From positions 8,896,001 to 8,960,000 of the forward strand of contig CP086569.2 of NCBI GenBank assembly GCA_009914755.4: 64,000 nucleotides of DNA. Direction: 5' to 3'. This document shows positions 63,639-64,000 of the stretch, piece after piece. Within the stretch, counting starts at the first letter, position 1. Each line of letters begins with the position of its first letter. A program made the position numbers and the translations under genes. The notes below the pieces were generated by a model. That model was given only the letters and a program-made list of their open reading frames with translations. It did not search any database and was not told the DNA's origin. The DNA comes from the human T2T-CHM13v2.0 reference genome, Homo sapiens.

Positions 63639-64000
63639 TCCTTGAAAACGAAAGTTCCACAAGGGCGAAACAAGAAAACAAATTTAACACCCCCCAAAGA
63701 AAGTACAAAGAGTAACCTCAAAAGAACCGCAGGGGAAAACAATTCAAAATTTACAACTATCTACCTTAAAAGAAGCTGAAAGTCCCTCAAAAACTTTCCA
63801 GAGGCCATGTCCTTGTATTACAAAAATGATCATAAAAACTGGCAGCAGTAGACGAATAGAAATGCATCTTAAAACTTGCTAAACACTTCAAGTCTCCCAT
63901 AAGAATTGTAATGGAAAATGGATCAGTCGGCAGTTTTTTCCATACAATTATGAACAAATTATATTTCTTCATACATAGATTTGTTTTTTCAATATTATAA
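63635..64000. repeat. Second copy (start of the next unit) of the 43345-43700 segment; the window ends inside it
   Basis: See 43345-43700. Near-identical sequence runs for about 340 bp up to the window end. Confidence 0.85.

Overview
This window is primate (human-type) male-specific Y-chromosome ampliconic sequence. It is not prokaryotic: there are no operons, CRISPR arrays or phage-like modules, and I found no exciting undescribed system here. I recognise the content by translation against what I remember of TSPY and RBMY; no database search was possible. Layout on the + strand is as follows. (1) Positions 1-6490 hold about 2.7 diverged copies of a 2.1-2.5 kb tandem repeat that I cannot name. 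(2) A single-copy, AT-rich interval follows, with an Alu and a tandem pair of L1 3' ends at 12340-12960. (3) A diverged, intron-containing TSPY-like pseudogene A lies at 12987-15500 (+). (4) An RBMY-family pseudogene lies on the - strand at 21280-33032. It has the full RBMY1 exon structure, including four SRGY-box exons inside four roughly 545 bp tandem units, and it carries several disabling lesions. (5) TSPY-like pseudogene B lies at 35890-38370 (+), with a CpG/CCAAT promoter-like 5' flank. (6) From about 43345 a roughly 20.3 kb unit begins. It contains TSPY-like pseudogene C (-, 44270-47050) head-to-head with an intact six-exon TSPY gene (+, CDS 47673-50235, 308 aa, all splice sites GT-AG), plus a partial TSPY-like copy D (-, 55650-57100). 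(7) The last about 360 bp of the window (63635-64000) repeat 43345-43700 at a spacing of about 20.29 kb. That matches the known 20.4 kb DYZ5/TSPY unit length, so the window probably spans the edge of the TSPY tandem array. Numerous Alu elements, old L1 fragments and microsatellites are interspersed. Most entries in the supplied six-frame ORF track are spurious: it uses alternative start codons, and many ORFs are antisense or out-of-frame reads of GC-rich TSPY-like exons. All coordinates are hand-indexed and may be off by a few bases. The species is not determinable from the sequence alone.
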